DNA of 18,824 nucleotides from Gemmatimonadota bacterium (GTDB lineage: Bacteria; Gemmatimonadota; Gemmatimonadetes; Gemmatimonadales; GWC2-71-9), in the NCBI GenBank assembly GCA_036679605.1, contig JAZDCZ010000150.1, positions 1 to 18,824 of the forward strand, read 5' to 3'. Shown piece by piece: positions 7,263-16,468 of the stretch. The position numbers were made by a program, and so were the translations under genes. The notes beneath the pieces are model-generated. The model did no database searches and was not told where the DNA came from. It was given only the letters and a program-made list of their open reading frames with translations. How positions within the stretch are numbered: the first letter of the stretch is position 1; each line of letters opens with the position of its first letter.

Positions 7263-10200
7263 ATGCTTTCTCGTCGATCCCTATTCCTTATTAAAGGAAC
7301 CGCAGTTCTCACAGCACTCACTCTGACCACTCCCGCCATGGCCCAACGCAGCGGCGACGACGATGACGACAGCACCAAGGCACCAACCCTCGCCTCGGCC
7401 GCCCGGAGCCTGCGCTGGCGATCCATCGGGCCCGCGCTCATCAGCGGCCGCATCTCCGACCTCGCCATCCACCCGACCAAGCGATCCACTTGGTACGTAG
7501 CCACCGCGTCGGGCGGCCTGTGGAAGACCACAACCGCCGGCACCAAGTTCGACCCCATCTTCGATAAACAAGCCTCGTTCGCGATCGGCGTCGTAAGCTT
7601 GAGTCCCTGCAACCCGAACGTGGTCTGGGTCGGCACCGGGGAGAACAACGCTCAGCGTTCGGTCTCCTACGGCGACGGCGTCTACAAATCGGAGGACGGA
7701 GGCCGCAGCTGGAAGAACATGGGCTTGAAAGAGTCCTCGCAAATTGGATCGATCGTCATCGACCCCCGCAACTGCAACACGGTCTACGTGGCCGCGCACG
7801 GTCCGGTCTTCAACGGAGGTGGCGAACGCGGTCTCTACAAGACGACCGATGGCGGCAAGACCTGGAACCTGGTACTGGAGACCAAGAACGAGTGGACCGG
7901 CGTCAACGAAGTGGTCATGGATCCGCGCAATCCGGACGTGCTGATCGTCTCCACGTGGCAACGCGCTCGACGCCAGTTCGCCTACATCGCCGGCGGCCCC
8001 GGATCGGGCATCATGCGCTCCACGGACGGTGGCGCAACGTGGACGAAGTCCCAACGCGGCCTCCCCTCCGGCGAACTCGGCCGTATTGGTCTCGCAATGT
8101 CACCCGCGAACCCCGACGTGGTGTACGCCATCGTCGAAGCGGCGTCGAACGGCGGCTTCTATCGCTCCAGTGACAACGGCGTCTCGTGGCAGCGTCGCAG
8201 TAACCGCTCTACCATCGGACTCTACTATCAGGAAATTTTTGCCGACCCGGTGAACGTGGACCGCGTCTACGCGATGGACACGCGGACTTGGATCACCAAC
8301 GATGGTGGCAAGAACTTCGCAGTCCTGGGCGAGCAGAACAAACATGTCGACAACCACACCATCTGGATCGATCCGGATGACACCGACCACATCCTCATCG
8401 GCTGCGACGGCGGTCTCTACGAGAGCTGGGACCGCGGCGCCACCTACCGGTGGTTCGAAAACTTGCCCTTGGCGCAGTTCTACCGCGTCGAGGTCGACAG
8501 CACGCGACCTTTCTATCGCGTGTACGGCGGCACGCAGGACAACAGCTCCGTAGGTGGACCGTCGAGAACGCGGACGCGGCGAGGCGGCCGGAACGCCGAC
8601 TGGTTCCTGACGCAGGGCGGCGACGGGTTCTACTCGCGCATCGACCCGCTGAACCCGAACATCGTCTACGCCGAGTCGCAGCACGCCGGGCTGTCGCGCT
8701 TCAACTTGGAAACAGGGGAGCGGATCTCGATCCGTCCCGAAGGCGCGCTCGACGAAGCACTCGTGTGGCACTGGGACGCACCGCTCATGATCAGCCCGCA
8801 TAACCCCGCACGTTTGTATTTCGCGGCGAATCGGATCTTCAAGTCGGAAGACCGCGGGGGTAGCTGGACGTACGCAAGCCCCGACCTCACGAAAAACATC
8901 GATCGCAATCGCTTGAAGATGATGGGACGAGTGTGGGGCGTGGGTGCCGTCGCCAAGAACCGGTCCACATCAGTATGGGGCGCTGTCGTGAGCCTCGCCG
9001 AGTCGCCGATTCGGGAAGGCCTGCTGTTCGCCGGTACTGATGACGGCATGATCCAGATCAGTGAAGACGGCGGCGACAACTGGCGCGCTATTCCCTCGGT
9101 CGGTAAGGACGTGCCCGACACGACCTTCGTCACCGACATTCAACCGTCGTGGCACGACCCGAACACAGTCTACGTCGCGTTCGACAACCATAAGGCCGGC
9201 GACTACAAGCCGTACATCGCCAAGTCCACCGACTTGGGGCGGTCGTGGAAAGTCATTCAAAACGATCTCCCCGAGCGCGGCACCGTGTACACGATTCTCG
9301 AGGACTACAAGCAGCCCAACCTGCTCTTCGCCGGTACCGAGTTCGGCGCGTATTTTTCGAACGACGGCGGCGAGAGTTGGTCCAAGCTCGGTGCCGGCCT
9401 CCCTACCATCCAAGTGCGTGACATGGTCTTCCAGACGCAGCACGACGACCTCGTCATCGCCACGTTCGGCCGTGGGTTCTACGTGTTCGAAGGCCTCGAG
9501 CAACTCCGCGCCCTGACTCCTGCGTTCATGGCAAGCCAGGGCGGGTTGGTTCCGGTTACCGGTATCCCGATGTTCGTCGCGTCGAATCCCGATCCGGGCT
9601 GGCAGGGTGCGACGTTCCACACGTCGGCCAATCCGCAGGCGGGAGCCACGTTCCGCTACTACCGGAAAGACGCTATTCGCACGATGAAGCAGGAACGCGA
9701 GCGCGCCGACCGGGCAGCGGCCAAGCGCGGCGACGACGTGTTTTACCCGTCGTGGGATTCATTGCGGTTGGAGGACACCGAAGTACCGGCGCAGATGATC
9801 TTGAGCGTTCGTGATCCAGAAGGCACGCTCGTCACACGATTGACCGGCAAAACATCGAGCGGTGTCACGACCGTGCGTTGGAACCTCCGCTATCCCTCAG
9901 CCACGCCCATTAGGAGTGGAGGCGGAGGTGGTGGAGGGTTCGGGGGTGGCGGCTTCTTCCGTGGAGGCGGAGGCGCGCACAACGGACCGTACATCATTCC
10001 CGGGACCTACACCGTCTCCCTGGCCACTTACCGAGACGGCGTGGTGACTGAATTCGGCGAGCCGCAGACCTTCGAGGTCTTCATGCTGGACCAGGTCGAA
10101 CGGAGCCCCGCAGTGTTGGCGTTCCAAAAGCAAGTCCAGCGCTTGCAACGCGCCGTCTTGGGTGCCAACGCCGCAGCAGGCGAAGCCCAAACGCGGGTCA

Positions 10201-10589
10201 ACAACCTGGAAACTGCGTTCGAGCGCACGCCCACCGAGGACGGTGAGATCCAGAACAAAATCCAGATCCTACGCAAAGCGCTCCGCGGCGTGCAGTGGGA
10301 CCTGAACGGTGACCCCACCGTGCGTCGTCGTGCAGAAGCATCACCAACATCCGTCTCTCAACGACTCGGCCGGATCACGGGTGGCGCGTGGAGCGGCACC
10401 CTCACCGAGGTCAGCGGCCTCCAGCGCCAACAGTACCAGCTGATCGGCGATGAATTCGTCATCATACTGGCTCAGCTCCGCACGTTGATCAAGGTCGATC
10501 TCAAGGGAATCGAAGATTACGCCGACCAGGTGGGCGCGCCGTGGACGAGTGGGCGATTGCCGGTGTGGGCGGGGGTGGTGATTCCGTAA
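7263..10589 (+). CDS. Large secreted BNR/Asp-box (VPS10/sortilin-like, 'glycosyl hydrolase') beta-propeller protein, 1108 aa
   Basis: WRSIGPA..SGRI.D start, about 11 S/T-x-D-x-G-x-x-W/F Asp boxes, GGTQDN, GGDGF, IATFGRG, Gly-rich linker before GPYIIPGTYTV, helical C-terminus. Signal peptide from ATG 7263 ends AMA-Q. Confidence 0.92.
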   Translation: MLSRRSLFLIKGTAVLTALTLTTPAMAQRSGDDDDDSTKAPTLASAARSLRWRSIGPALISGRISDLAIHPTKRSTWYVATASGGLWKTTTAGTKFDPIFDKQASFAIGVVSLSPCNPNVVWVGTGENNAQRSVSYGDGVYKSEDGGRSWKNMGLKESSQIGSIVIDPRNCNTVYVAAHGPVFNGGGERGLYKTTDGGKTWNLVLETKNEWTGVNEVVMDPRNPDVLIVSTWQRARRQFAYIAGGPGSGIMRSTDGGATWTKSQRGLPSGELGRIGLAMSPANPDVVYAIVEAASNGGFYRSSDNGVSWQRRSNRSTIGLYYQEIFADPVNVDRVYAMDTRTWITNDGGKNFAVLGEQNKHVDNHTIWIDPDDTDHILIGCDGGLYESWDRGATYRWFENLPLAQFYRVEVDSTRPFYRVYGGTQDNSSVGGPSRTRTRRGGRNADWFLTQGGDGFYSRIDPLNPNIVYAESQHAGLSRFNLETGERISIRPEGALDEALVWHWDAPLMISPHNPARLYFAANRIFKSEDRGGSWTYASPDLTKNIDRNRLKMMGRVWGVGAVAKNRSTSVWGAVVSLAESPIREGLLFAGTDDGMIQISEDGGDNWRAIPSVGKDVPDTTFVTDIQPSWHDPNTVYVAFDNHKAGDYKPYIAKSTDLGRSWKVIQNDLPERGTVYTILEDYKQPNLLFAGTEFGAYFSNDGGESWSKLGAGLPTIQVRDMVFQTQHDDLVIATFGRGFYVFEGLEQLRALTPAFMASQGGLVPVTGIPMFVASNPDPGWQGATFHTSANPQAGATFRYYRKDAIRTMKQERERADRAAAKRGDDVFYPSWDSLRLEDTEVPAQMILSVRDPEGTLVTRLTGKTSSGVTTVRWNLRYPSATPIRSGGGGGGGFGGGGFFRGGGGAHNGPYIIPGTYTVSLATYRDGVVTEFGEPQTFEVFMLDQVERSPAVLAFQKQVQRLQRAVLGANAAAGEAQTRVNNLETAFERTPTEDGEIQNKIQILRKALRGVQWDLNGDPTVRRRAEASPTSVSQRLGRITGGAWSGTLTEVSGLQRQQYQLIGDEFVIILAQLRTLIKVDLKGIEDYADQVGAPWTSGRLPVWAGVVIP

Positions 10590-10597
10590 CCACCCCC
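10571..10597 (+). terminator. GC-rich hairpin spanning the stop codon (possible terminator or 3' stabiliser)
   Basis: GGGGGTGGT (10571-10579)/ACCACCCCC (10589-10597); no U-tract. Confidence 0.4.
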
Positions 10598-10613
10598 CTG
10601 ACGCCTCGGCGAC

Positions 10614-10685
10614 GAACCACGAGTAAACTGACGATCCACGTCGCTTCCAGCGACAAACAGCCGATCGTGGGTTTACTCATAGTTC
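10614..10685. repeat. Long interrupted inverted repeat
   Basis: GAGTAAAC 10621-10628/GTTTACTC 10671-10678; ACGATC/GATCGT; inner GTCGCT/AGCGAC; outer GAAC/GTTC. Confidence 0.7.
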
Positions 10686-10747
10686 CCAAGGAGTGCCTTC
10701 CCATCGACCTCCAATCCATTTTGTTGCACCATATATGATTGTAATAA

Positions 10748-10776
10748 TTGATTTTATGAACGTAAGCAGCTAATGT
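10748..10776 (+). promoter_or_regulatory. Putative sigma70 promoter of the AbiEii-type operon
   Basis: AT-rich tract about 10715-10790; TTGATT (10748-10753)-N17-TAATGT (10771-10776), 6 nt before ATG 10783. Confidence 0.45.
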
Positions 10777-10782
10777 TATTGC

Positions 10783-11049
10783 ATGAATAGAGAAATACGT
10801 GAATATCTGGTTCGCATTGGAAGACAGGGGGGCATCAAGAGCCGACGCGAATTGAGTTCGAAGACCGCCAGACGTATGGTGGCCGTTCGCGAGGCGCGGC
10901 GCGCGTTCCGTCGGTTCCAGACGCAATGTTTTTGGTCGTACCGAACGGATCTCGAGATCGGAGCTGACGACGTCGCGTGGGTGGCGCGGGAGCTGATGAA
11001 ACACGGTAACCGCGAGGCGTGGCTGAAAGGGAAGTCGCTGTGCCACTGA
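10783..11049 (+). CDS. Small basic hypothetical protein, putative antitoxin/partner of the nucleotidyltransferase (88 aa)
   Basis: Overlaps the downstream GTG start by 10 nt; N-terminal EYLVRIGRQGG.KSRR; C-terminal CFWSY..L.......VARELMKHG....W, reminiscent of DUF6922-like partners. Confidence 0.8.
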   Translation: MNREIREYLVRIGRQGGIKSRRELSSKTARRMVAVREARRAFRRFQTQCFWSYRTDLEIGADDVAWVARELMKHGNREAWLKGKSLCH

Positions 11050-11852
11050 CCGACTGCCAGCGGGCGATTCTAGCATTGCTTGCGGAGACACGCACGCCTG
11101 ACAGCTATCTAGCCGGGGGCGCGGCACTTCATTTCTCTCCCCGGTCGATTCGCTACAGCAACGACCTGGACTTCTTTCACGATTCGGCGGAACGCGTAGC
11201 TAGCGCGTTTGGCGAAGACAATGCACGACTCGAGTCCGCAGGCTACGGAGTGGAAGTGGTGTTGAGTCAGCCCGGTTTCATCCGAGCTATCGTGACGCTC
11301 GATCAGCAGTCGACCCGAATCGACTGGGCACACGACTCGGCATGGCGATTCATGCCACCGGTCCGGGACGAGTTGGGCGGCTTCATCTTGCACGACGTAG
11401 ATCTTGCGGTCAACAAGACTCTAGCACTTGCCGGGAGAGACGAGCCACGCGACTACGTCGATATCCTCTTTATCCACTCGCAAATCCTGCCGCTCGGCGC
11501 ACTTTGCTGGGCTGCAGTTGGCAAAGATCCTGGGCTGACCCCGCTTTCTCTGCTCGATCTACTCAGGCGGAGAGGCCGGTATCAGCCGGAAGAGATCTCC
11601 CGCCTCGATCTCACCAGTCCCTTCGACCTTGCCGCAGGCAAGACAGCGTGGCTTAGGGCACTCGAAGAGGCAGAGTCGTTTGTTCAGGCGCGGCCGACAG
11701 AAGAACTCGGTTGCTTGTACTACCGTCACGAAGAAGATGGCTTCGTTGCGCCCGCACTCGAATCCGACATCGAGACTCAAGGAATCGGTGTCCACTTTGG
11801 TTCGCCGGGCGGCGTACTGCCGCAACCTTCGGGGCGGTCTAGCCGGCTGTAA
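11040..11852 (+). CDS. AbiEii/AbiGii-family nucleotidyltransferase (type IV TA-like toxin), 270 aa
   Basis: YLAGGAAL, RYSNDLDFF (GG...SxDxD) and NKTLALAGR.EPRDYVD motifs; GTG start at 11040 (MPLTDCQ). Confidence 0.88.
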   Translation: MPLTDCQRAILALLAETRTPDSYLAGGAALHFSPRSIRYSNDLDFFHDSAERVASAFGEDNARLESAGYGVEVVLSQPGFIRAIVTLDQQSTRIDWAHDSAWRFMPPVRDELGGFILHDVDLAVNKTLALAGRDEPRDYVDILFIHSQILPLGALCWAAVGKDPGLTPLSLLDLLRRRGRYQPEEISRLDLTSPFDLAAGKTAWLRALEEAESFVQARPTEELGCLYYRHEEDGFVAPALESDIETQGIGVHFGSPGGVLPQPSGRSSRL

Positions 11853-12167
11853 CGGAGGAACTGCCATGGCTGTGTTTCCTCAACGTAGATGACGTTGCGG
11901 AGATTTCCAGTTGCGTCGCGAAGCCTATGGCGTTGAGAAAGGAAGGCAATCGGCGGCTCACAGGTCCGGTTGGTGGACTGTGCTGCGACGAGAGAGGGCC
12001 CGATCCCAATCGTTGAAGACGGCCAGCGGGACACCGAAGAACCCGGAGGCGTTGGAAGGGGTATAAGAACACTGTTTCTTGGACGAACTTCTAACGGTGG
12101 ACTGGCACTCGCACAAGCCTGACGTCCGCCGACAAGTACACCGACAGATCGGTAGCAGGAGGAAACG

Positions 12168-13280
12168 ATGACGCGGATGTGGACGTTGTTCTTTCTTGGA
12201 GTCTCTATCGGAGCGGGTACGGGATGCTCGACATCGAGAGCTGATGACCGAGGTCGACTGTCCTTCGAGCGTGTCGATGTAACAGTTGGAGTCCGAACGA
12301 GTGCTCTACTGGCCACCTTCCTGAACAGTGACGATCGCCTTGACCTCCTTGTCGTTGGAGGCGAGCGGGTATTCAGCTTGCAAGGTCTTGGAGACGGGCA
12401 TTTCGATGTCGTCGGATCGGTGCCAGCAGGTGAACATGCGGTTGACCTCGCATCGTCGGATCTCGATGAGGATGGGGTCAACGACCTCGTTGTGGCTAAC
12501 CACGATACTGACTATGTGACCTTGTTGTTCGGAGTCGCAGGAGGCGGCTTCGAAGTTCGTGCCTCCTCGCGGTTCGAGGTGAACGTATCGCCTCATCCCC
12601 ATGCCGTGCGATTGAGCGACATAGATGGCGATGGTCACGTAGACCTCTTGGTCGACGACCGCAGGGCCGAGGCCATCCGACTGTACCTTGGAGCGGGACA
12701 TGGCCGATTCGCGAAGTTCACTCGTATCTCAGTCGGAGGAGATCCCTATCGTGGAATGTCTCTAGTCGACATAAACGGGGACGGCGAGACCGACTTGCTC
12801 ACTCCCAATCCCGACCACGTGGCGGTCCTGATTGGAGACGGTTTGGGCGGGTTCGCCCAAGACACGACGCTGCATCCCGGCTTCGGTCCATTCTCGGCGA
12901 TCGCAGCCGACTTCAACGGCGATGGACTGACCGACGTGGCAGCAGCTTCGGGTGAGGGGCGTGGCGCCCTGGCTGTCTGGTTCCAAAGTGCCACCGGGGT
13001 ATTCCGGGCCGGGGCCAACTACGAATTGGCGACCGGTCCGACCAAGCTCGCAACAGCAGATCTAACAGGAGACGGCCGACCCGAGGTCATCGTCACAAGC
13101 TGGGTTGGGGGCGAGGTCGCCGTGCTCACAGGAGGTGACCGACCCACGCTCCACCGGATTGAGTCGGCAGGACATCCCTACGGCGTGGCTACTGGTGACT
13201 TCGATGGCGACGGACGGATCGACTTCGCGATTGCGAACGACGGAGCGGAATACATCACCGTGTTTCTATCGAGGAATTAG
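12168..13280 (+). CDS. FG-GAP/VCBS repeat beta-propeller, probable lipoprotein
   Basis: Repeated D-[LIF]-[ND]-GDG..DL motifs (DLDEDGVNDL, DIDGDGHVDL, DINGDGETDL, DFNGDGLTDV, DFDGDGRIDF); AGGAGGA RBS; hydrophobic leader ending GTGC. Confidence 0.92.
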   Translation: MTRMWTLFFLGVSIGAGTGCSTSRADDRGRLSFERVDVTVGVRTSALLATFLNSDDRLDLLVVGGERVFSLQGLGDGHFDVVGSVPAGEHAVDLASSDLDEDGVNDLVVANHDTDYVTLLFGVAGGGFEVRASSRFEVNVSPHPHAVRLSDIDGDGHVDLLVDDRRAEAIRLYLGAGHGRFAKFTRISVGGDPYRGMSLVDINGDGETDLLTPNPDHVAVLIGDGLGGFAQDTTLHPGFGPFSAIAADFNGDGLTDVAAASGEGRGALAVWFQSATGVFRAGANYELATGPTKLATADLTGDGRPEVIVTSWVGGEVAVLTGGDRPTLHRIESAGHPYGVATGDFDGDGRIDFAIANDGAEYITVFLSRN

Positions 13281-13330
13281 GCACACTGAGGCGGCAGGAG
13301 TCCCGGCCTGAAGGACGCGTTCGACGGATA

Positions 13331-14770
13331 CTATAGCTCGGAAGAACGCACTACCACCATCTTTTCGATCTGCATGTCCGACATCGTGTACGGAATACCT
13401 CCCACGCCGAGGCCGGAACGCCGAAGCCCGGCAAACGGCATCCAATCGACGCGGAAGGCGGTGTGATCGTTGATCATGACCGCCGAGGCATCGAGCCGCT
13501 TGGACGTTCGAAGGGCCGTATCCAGATCGCGAGTGAAGACCGCGGCCTGAAACGCGACGGGCAGAGCGTTCGCACGGTCTATCGCCTCGTCGAGTTCGTC
13601 GTAGGGGTAGACGCAGATCACCGGCCCGAAAATCTCGTGCGTACTCACGCGCGCATCGGCGGGTGGATTGAACAGGACCGTAGGCGCGTAGCAACTTGCC
13701 GATATGGGCTCGCCGCCTGACAAACACTCTGCGCCGCCATCGATTGCCTCGCGCACCCATTCTCCCACTCGCTGCACCTCCGCCCCCCTGATCAGGGGTC
13801 CAACATCGGTGTCGGGCGCTGTCGGATCCCCAACCTTCAGGGCGTTGCCCGCTTCGGCCAACCGTTCGGCCAGTTCCCTCGCGATGCTGCGTTCAGCAAA
13901 CACACGCTGAACTGAGACGCACACCTGACCCGCGTGGTAGAACCCTCCCTTAGCGAGGAGTGGCAGCGCGTAATCCATATCGGCATCAGCGGCCACGATC
14001 ACGGGCGCCGCCCCGCCGTGCTCGAGCGCGCATCGCGTTCCCGGCGCCAGTTTGGAACGCAACATCCAGCCTACCCTATCGCTGCCGATGAAACTGAAGA
14101 ACCCTACCCGCTCGTCGCTCACGAGAGCGCCGGCAACTTCGAGATCGGTTGTCTGCAGCGCCTGGCACCACTCCTCCGGCAATCCCGCCTCTCGCAGAAT
14201 CGCAACGAAGCGCATGCACGATAGAGGGGTCGCTTCGGCCGGTTTCACTATGACGGGACAGCCCGTGGCAACGGCCGGACCCACCTGGTGGACGATGAGA
14301 TTCAACGGATGATTGAAAGCACTGAAGGCGACTACGACGCCGATTGGCTCATGTCGAGTGAATGCCAGGCGCCCGGTCGAAGCGGGGGTAAGACCCATCG
14401 GGATCTCGCTACCGCTCTGACCGCGTAGGTGCTCCACGCATAATTTGACGCTGTCAACCGCACGATCTACCTCGACGAGTGAATCGACGAGCGGCTTACC
14501 ACCCTCTCTGGCAGCTTCAATGGCGAGGTCTTCGCGACGGTCGTGCATGATGCGAGCGGTACGCTCGAGGATCGCGACCCGTTCGTGCGGGCTCAGCCAG
14601 CTATCGCGGTCGCGAAACAGCCGATGTGCTGTCGCCAACGCGGTCTCCACTCCGGCACGATCGGCCCGCTCTACAGTGGCGATGAGCGCTCCGTCATAGG
14701 GCGCCAAGACCTCGGCATGTTCGCGGTGAGGTTGGGCCCCTGGGATCATCAACCTGAAGTGCGGTGCCAC
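13331..14770 (-). CDS. Aldehyde dehydrogenase, ALDH21/RL0313-like subgroup (candidate succinic semialdehyde dehydrogenase), 479 aa
   Basis: EPIGVV.AFSAFNHPLNL, VKPA, FIGS, LEHGG, AGQVCVS (catalytic Cys), EIFGP, FRVDWMPFAG. GTG 14770 has AAGGAG 7 nt upstream. Confidence 0.93.
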   Translation of the reverse strand: MAPHFRLMIPGAQPHREHAEVLAPYDGALIATVERADRAGVETALATAHRLFRDRDSWLSPHERVAILERTARIMHDRREDLAIEAAREGGKPLVDSLVEVDRAVDSVKLCVEHLRGQSGSEIPMGLTPASTGRLAFTRHEPIGVVVAFSAFNHPLNLIVHQVGPAVATGCPVIVKPAEATPLSCMRFVAILREAGLPEEWCQALQTTDLEVAGALVSDERVGFFSFIGSDRVGWMLRSKLAPGTRCALEHGGAAPVIVAADADMDYALPLLAKGGFYHAGQVCVSVQRVFAERSIARELAERLAEAGNALKVGDPTAPDTDVGPLIRGAEVQRVGEWVREAIDGGAECLSGGEPISASCYAPTVLFNPPADARVSTHEIFGPVICVYPYDELDEAIDRANALPVAFQAAVFTRDLDTALRTSKRLDASAVMINDHTAFRVDWMPFAGLRRSGLGVGGIPYTMSDMQIEKMVVVRSSEL

Positions 14771-14809
14771 GAGACTACTCCTTTGGGATGTGTCTTGATC
14801 GCTCAACCA

Positions 14810-16444
14810 CTAGATCGAACAAACTAGATTTCCCAGTTTCTCCGTCAGTTTCATGTTCTCCGAATAGTCCACTGGGCAGTCGATCACGACGACGGTGTCA
14901 TCGGCCACCGCCTGCTCGAGCACGGGAACCAAATCGGCCGCGGCCTCCACCCGATAGCCTTTCGCCCCGAAGCTCTCCGCATACTTGACCAGGTCCGGGT
15001 TCTTGAAATCGATATGGCTGGGGCGAGCAAAGTGCCGCAGTTGATGCCACTTGATCAAACCGTATTGGCTGTCACTCCAGATCAAGATGATGACCGGCGT
15101 TCCGATCCGGAGCGCGGTTTCGATCTCCTGAGAGTTCATGAGGAATCCGGCGTCACCCGTGACGGTGAGCGCGGTACGATCGGGGAACGCGAGCTTGGCG
15201 GCGATGGCGCCCGGCACGCCGATACCCATCGACGCGAAACCGTTGGAGATGATGCACGTGTTGGGCTGTTCCGCTTGGTACATGCGGGCCATCCACATCT
15301 TATGCGCGCCCACATCGCTGATCACGATGTCGCTTGGCTCGAGGACCTGCCGCAAGTCCCAGACAATCTTTTGCGGCTTCATTGGGAACGCGCTGTCATT
15401 TGCGTGCTCGGACAGTTCCTCAGCGATCGTCTCGCGCAGACCAGCAGCGGGAGTATCCGTCTGCGGCGATGCCTCGCTCGCGATTTGCTGCAGCGCTTCC
15501 CCGATGTTGCCGATCACGCCGGCCGCAAGAATGTAGTGTTCGTCCACCTCGGCTGGGGTGACATCGACATGGATGATTTGCCTCTGCTTATCCGGATGCC
15601 ACAGATAGGGATGATACTCCACCATGTCATACCCGACACAGATGATGACGTCGGCACGGTCAAAGCCGCACGCGACGTGATCGTGCGCCTGTAGACCGAC
15701 CGCGCCGAGCGATAGCGGATGCGAAGACGGTAGGACGCCCTTGGCCATGAATGTCGTGGCGACCGGAATGTTCAGTGTCTCTGCGAAGGCGACCAACTGG
15801 TCCGCGGCGCCCGCTCGGACGGTACCGTTGCCGGCCATCACCAGCGGATACTTTGCTGATGAAATGATGCGCGCGGCTTGGGCAATCTTCTCACTGGGTG
15901 GTGTCGGCACCGTCGCGCGCTGCACCTTCAGTGGTTCCTTTCCGTCGACAACCGTCTTGGCAATGTTCTCGGGAAAGTCGATAAAGCTGACACCGGGTTT
16001 TTCAGCTTCTGCCTGCTTGAACGCCTTGCGGACGATCTCCGGGATGACCTCGGGCTCGCGGATCTGCGCGCTGTACTTCGAGATCGGCTTGAAGAGATTG
16101 ACCAGGTCGAGATGCTGGTGACTCTCCTTGTGCATGCGCGTCGTGGCCGCCTGGCCGGCGATGGCGACGACCGGCGCGCGATCCATGTTGGCATCGGCGA
16201 CCCCTGTGATCAGGTTGGTGGCGCCGGGCCCCAGCGTCGCGAGGCAAACGCCCGCTTTGCCTGTTAGCCTTCCGTACACGTCTGCCATGAAGGCCGCACC
16301 TTGTTCGTGGCGCGTCGTGATGAAGCGGAGCTTGCTATCGAGGAGAACATCCATCATGTCGATGTTTTCCTCACCCGGGATACCGAAGATGTACTCCACC
16401 TCTTCGTTCTCGAGGCAACGAACAAGGAGTTCAGCACCGTTCAT
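14810..16444 (-). CDS. ThDP-dependent enzyme of the acetolactate synthase large-subunit family (candidate 2-oxoglutarate decarboxylase)
   Basis: IFGIPGEEN, RHEQGAAFMAD, TLGPGATN, RMHKESHQ, SDVGAHKMW, GDAGFLMN ThDP motif, IDCPVDYSEN. No ilvN/ilvC adjacent. Confidence 0.93.
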   Translation of the reverse strand: MNGAELLVRCLENEEVEYIFGIPGEENIDMMDVLLDSKLRFITTRHEQGAAFMADVYGRLTGKAGVCLATLGPGATNLITGVADANMDRAPVVAIAGQAATTRMHKESHQHLDLVNLFKPISKYSAQIREPEVIPEIVRKAFKQAEAEKPGVSFIDFPENIAKTVVDGKEPLKVQRATVPTPPSEKIAQAARIISSAKYPLVMAGNGTVRAGAADQLVAFAETLNIPVATTFMAKGVLPSSHPLSLGAVGLQAHDHVACGFDRADVIICVGYDMVEYHPYLWHPDKQRQIIHVDVTPAEVDEHYILAAGVIGNIGEALQQIASEASPQTDTPAAGLRETIAEELSEHANDSAFPMKPQKIVWDLRQVLEPSDIVISDVGAHKMWMARMYQAEQPNTCIISNGFASMGIGVPGAIAAKLAFPDRTALTVTGDAGFLMNSQEIETALRIGTPVIILIWSDSQYGLIKWHQLRHFARPSHIDFKNPDLVKYAESFGAKGYRVEAAADLVPVLEQAVADDTVVVIDCPVDYSENMKLTEKLGNLVCSI

Positions 16445-16468
16445 GGGATCGTCACGCTCCTCGCGGGA

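Noticed and set aside
9915..9975. GGN-rich repeat tract
   Set aside because: Encodes an in-frame Gly linker; not a CRISPR or independent repeat.
7085..10318. Long antisense and alternate-frame ORFs inside the BNR gene (likewise inside the amidohydrolase, PQQ dehydrogenase, ALDH and ThDP genes)
   Set aside because: Typical shadow ORFs of high-GC coding sequence; no motifs or RBS.
14810..16444. Assigning ilvB (branched-chain amino-acid biosynthesis)
   Set aside because: No regulatory subunit or ilvC nearby, and the ALDH coupling points to a decarboxylase role; symbol withheld.
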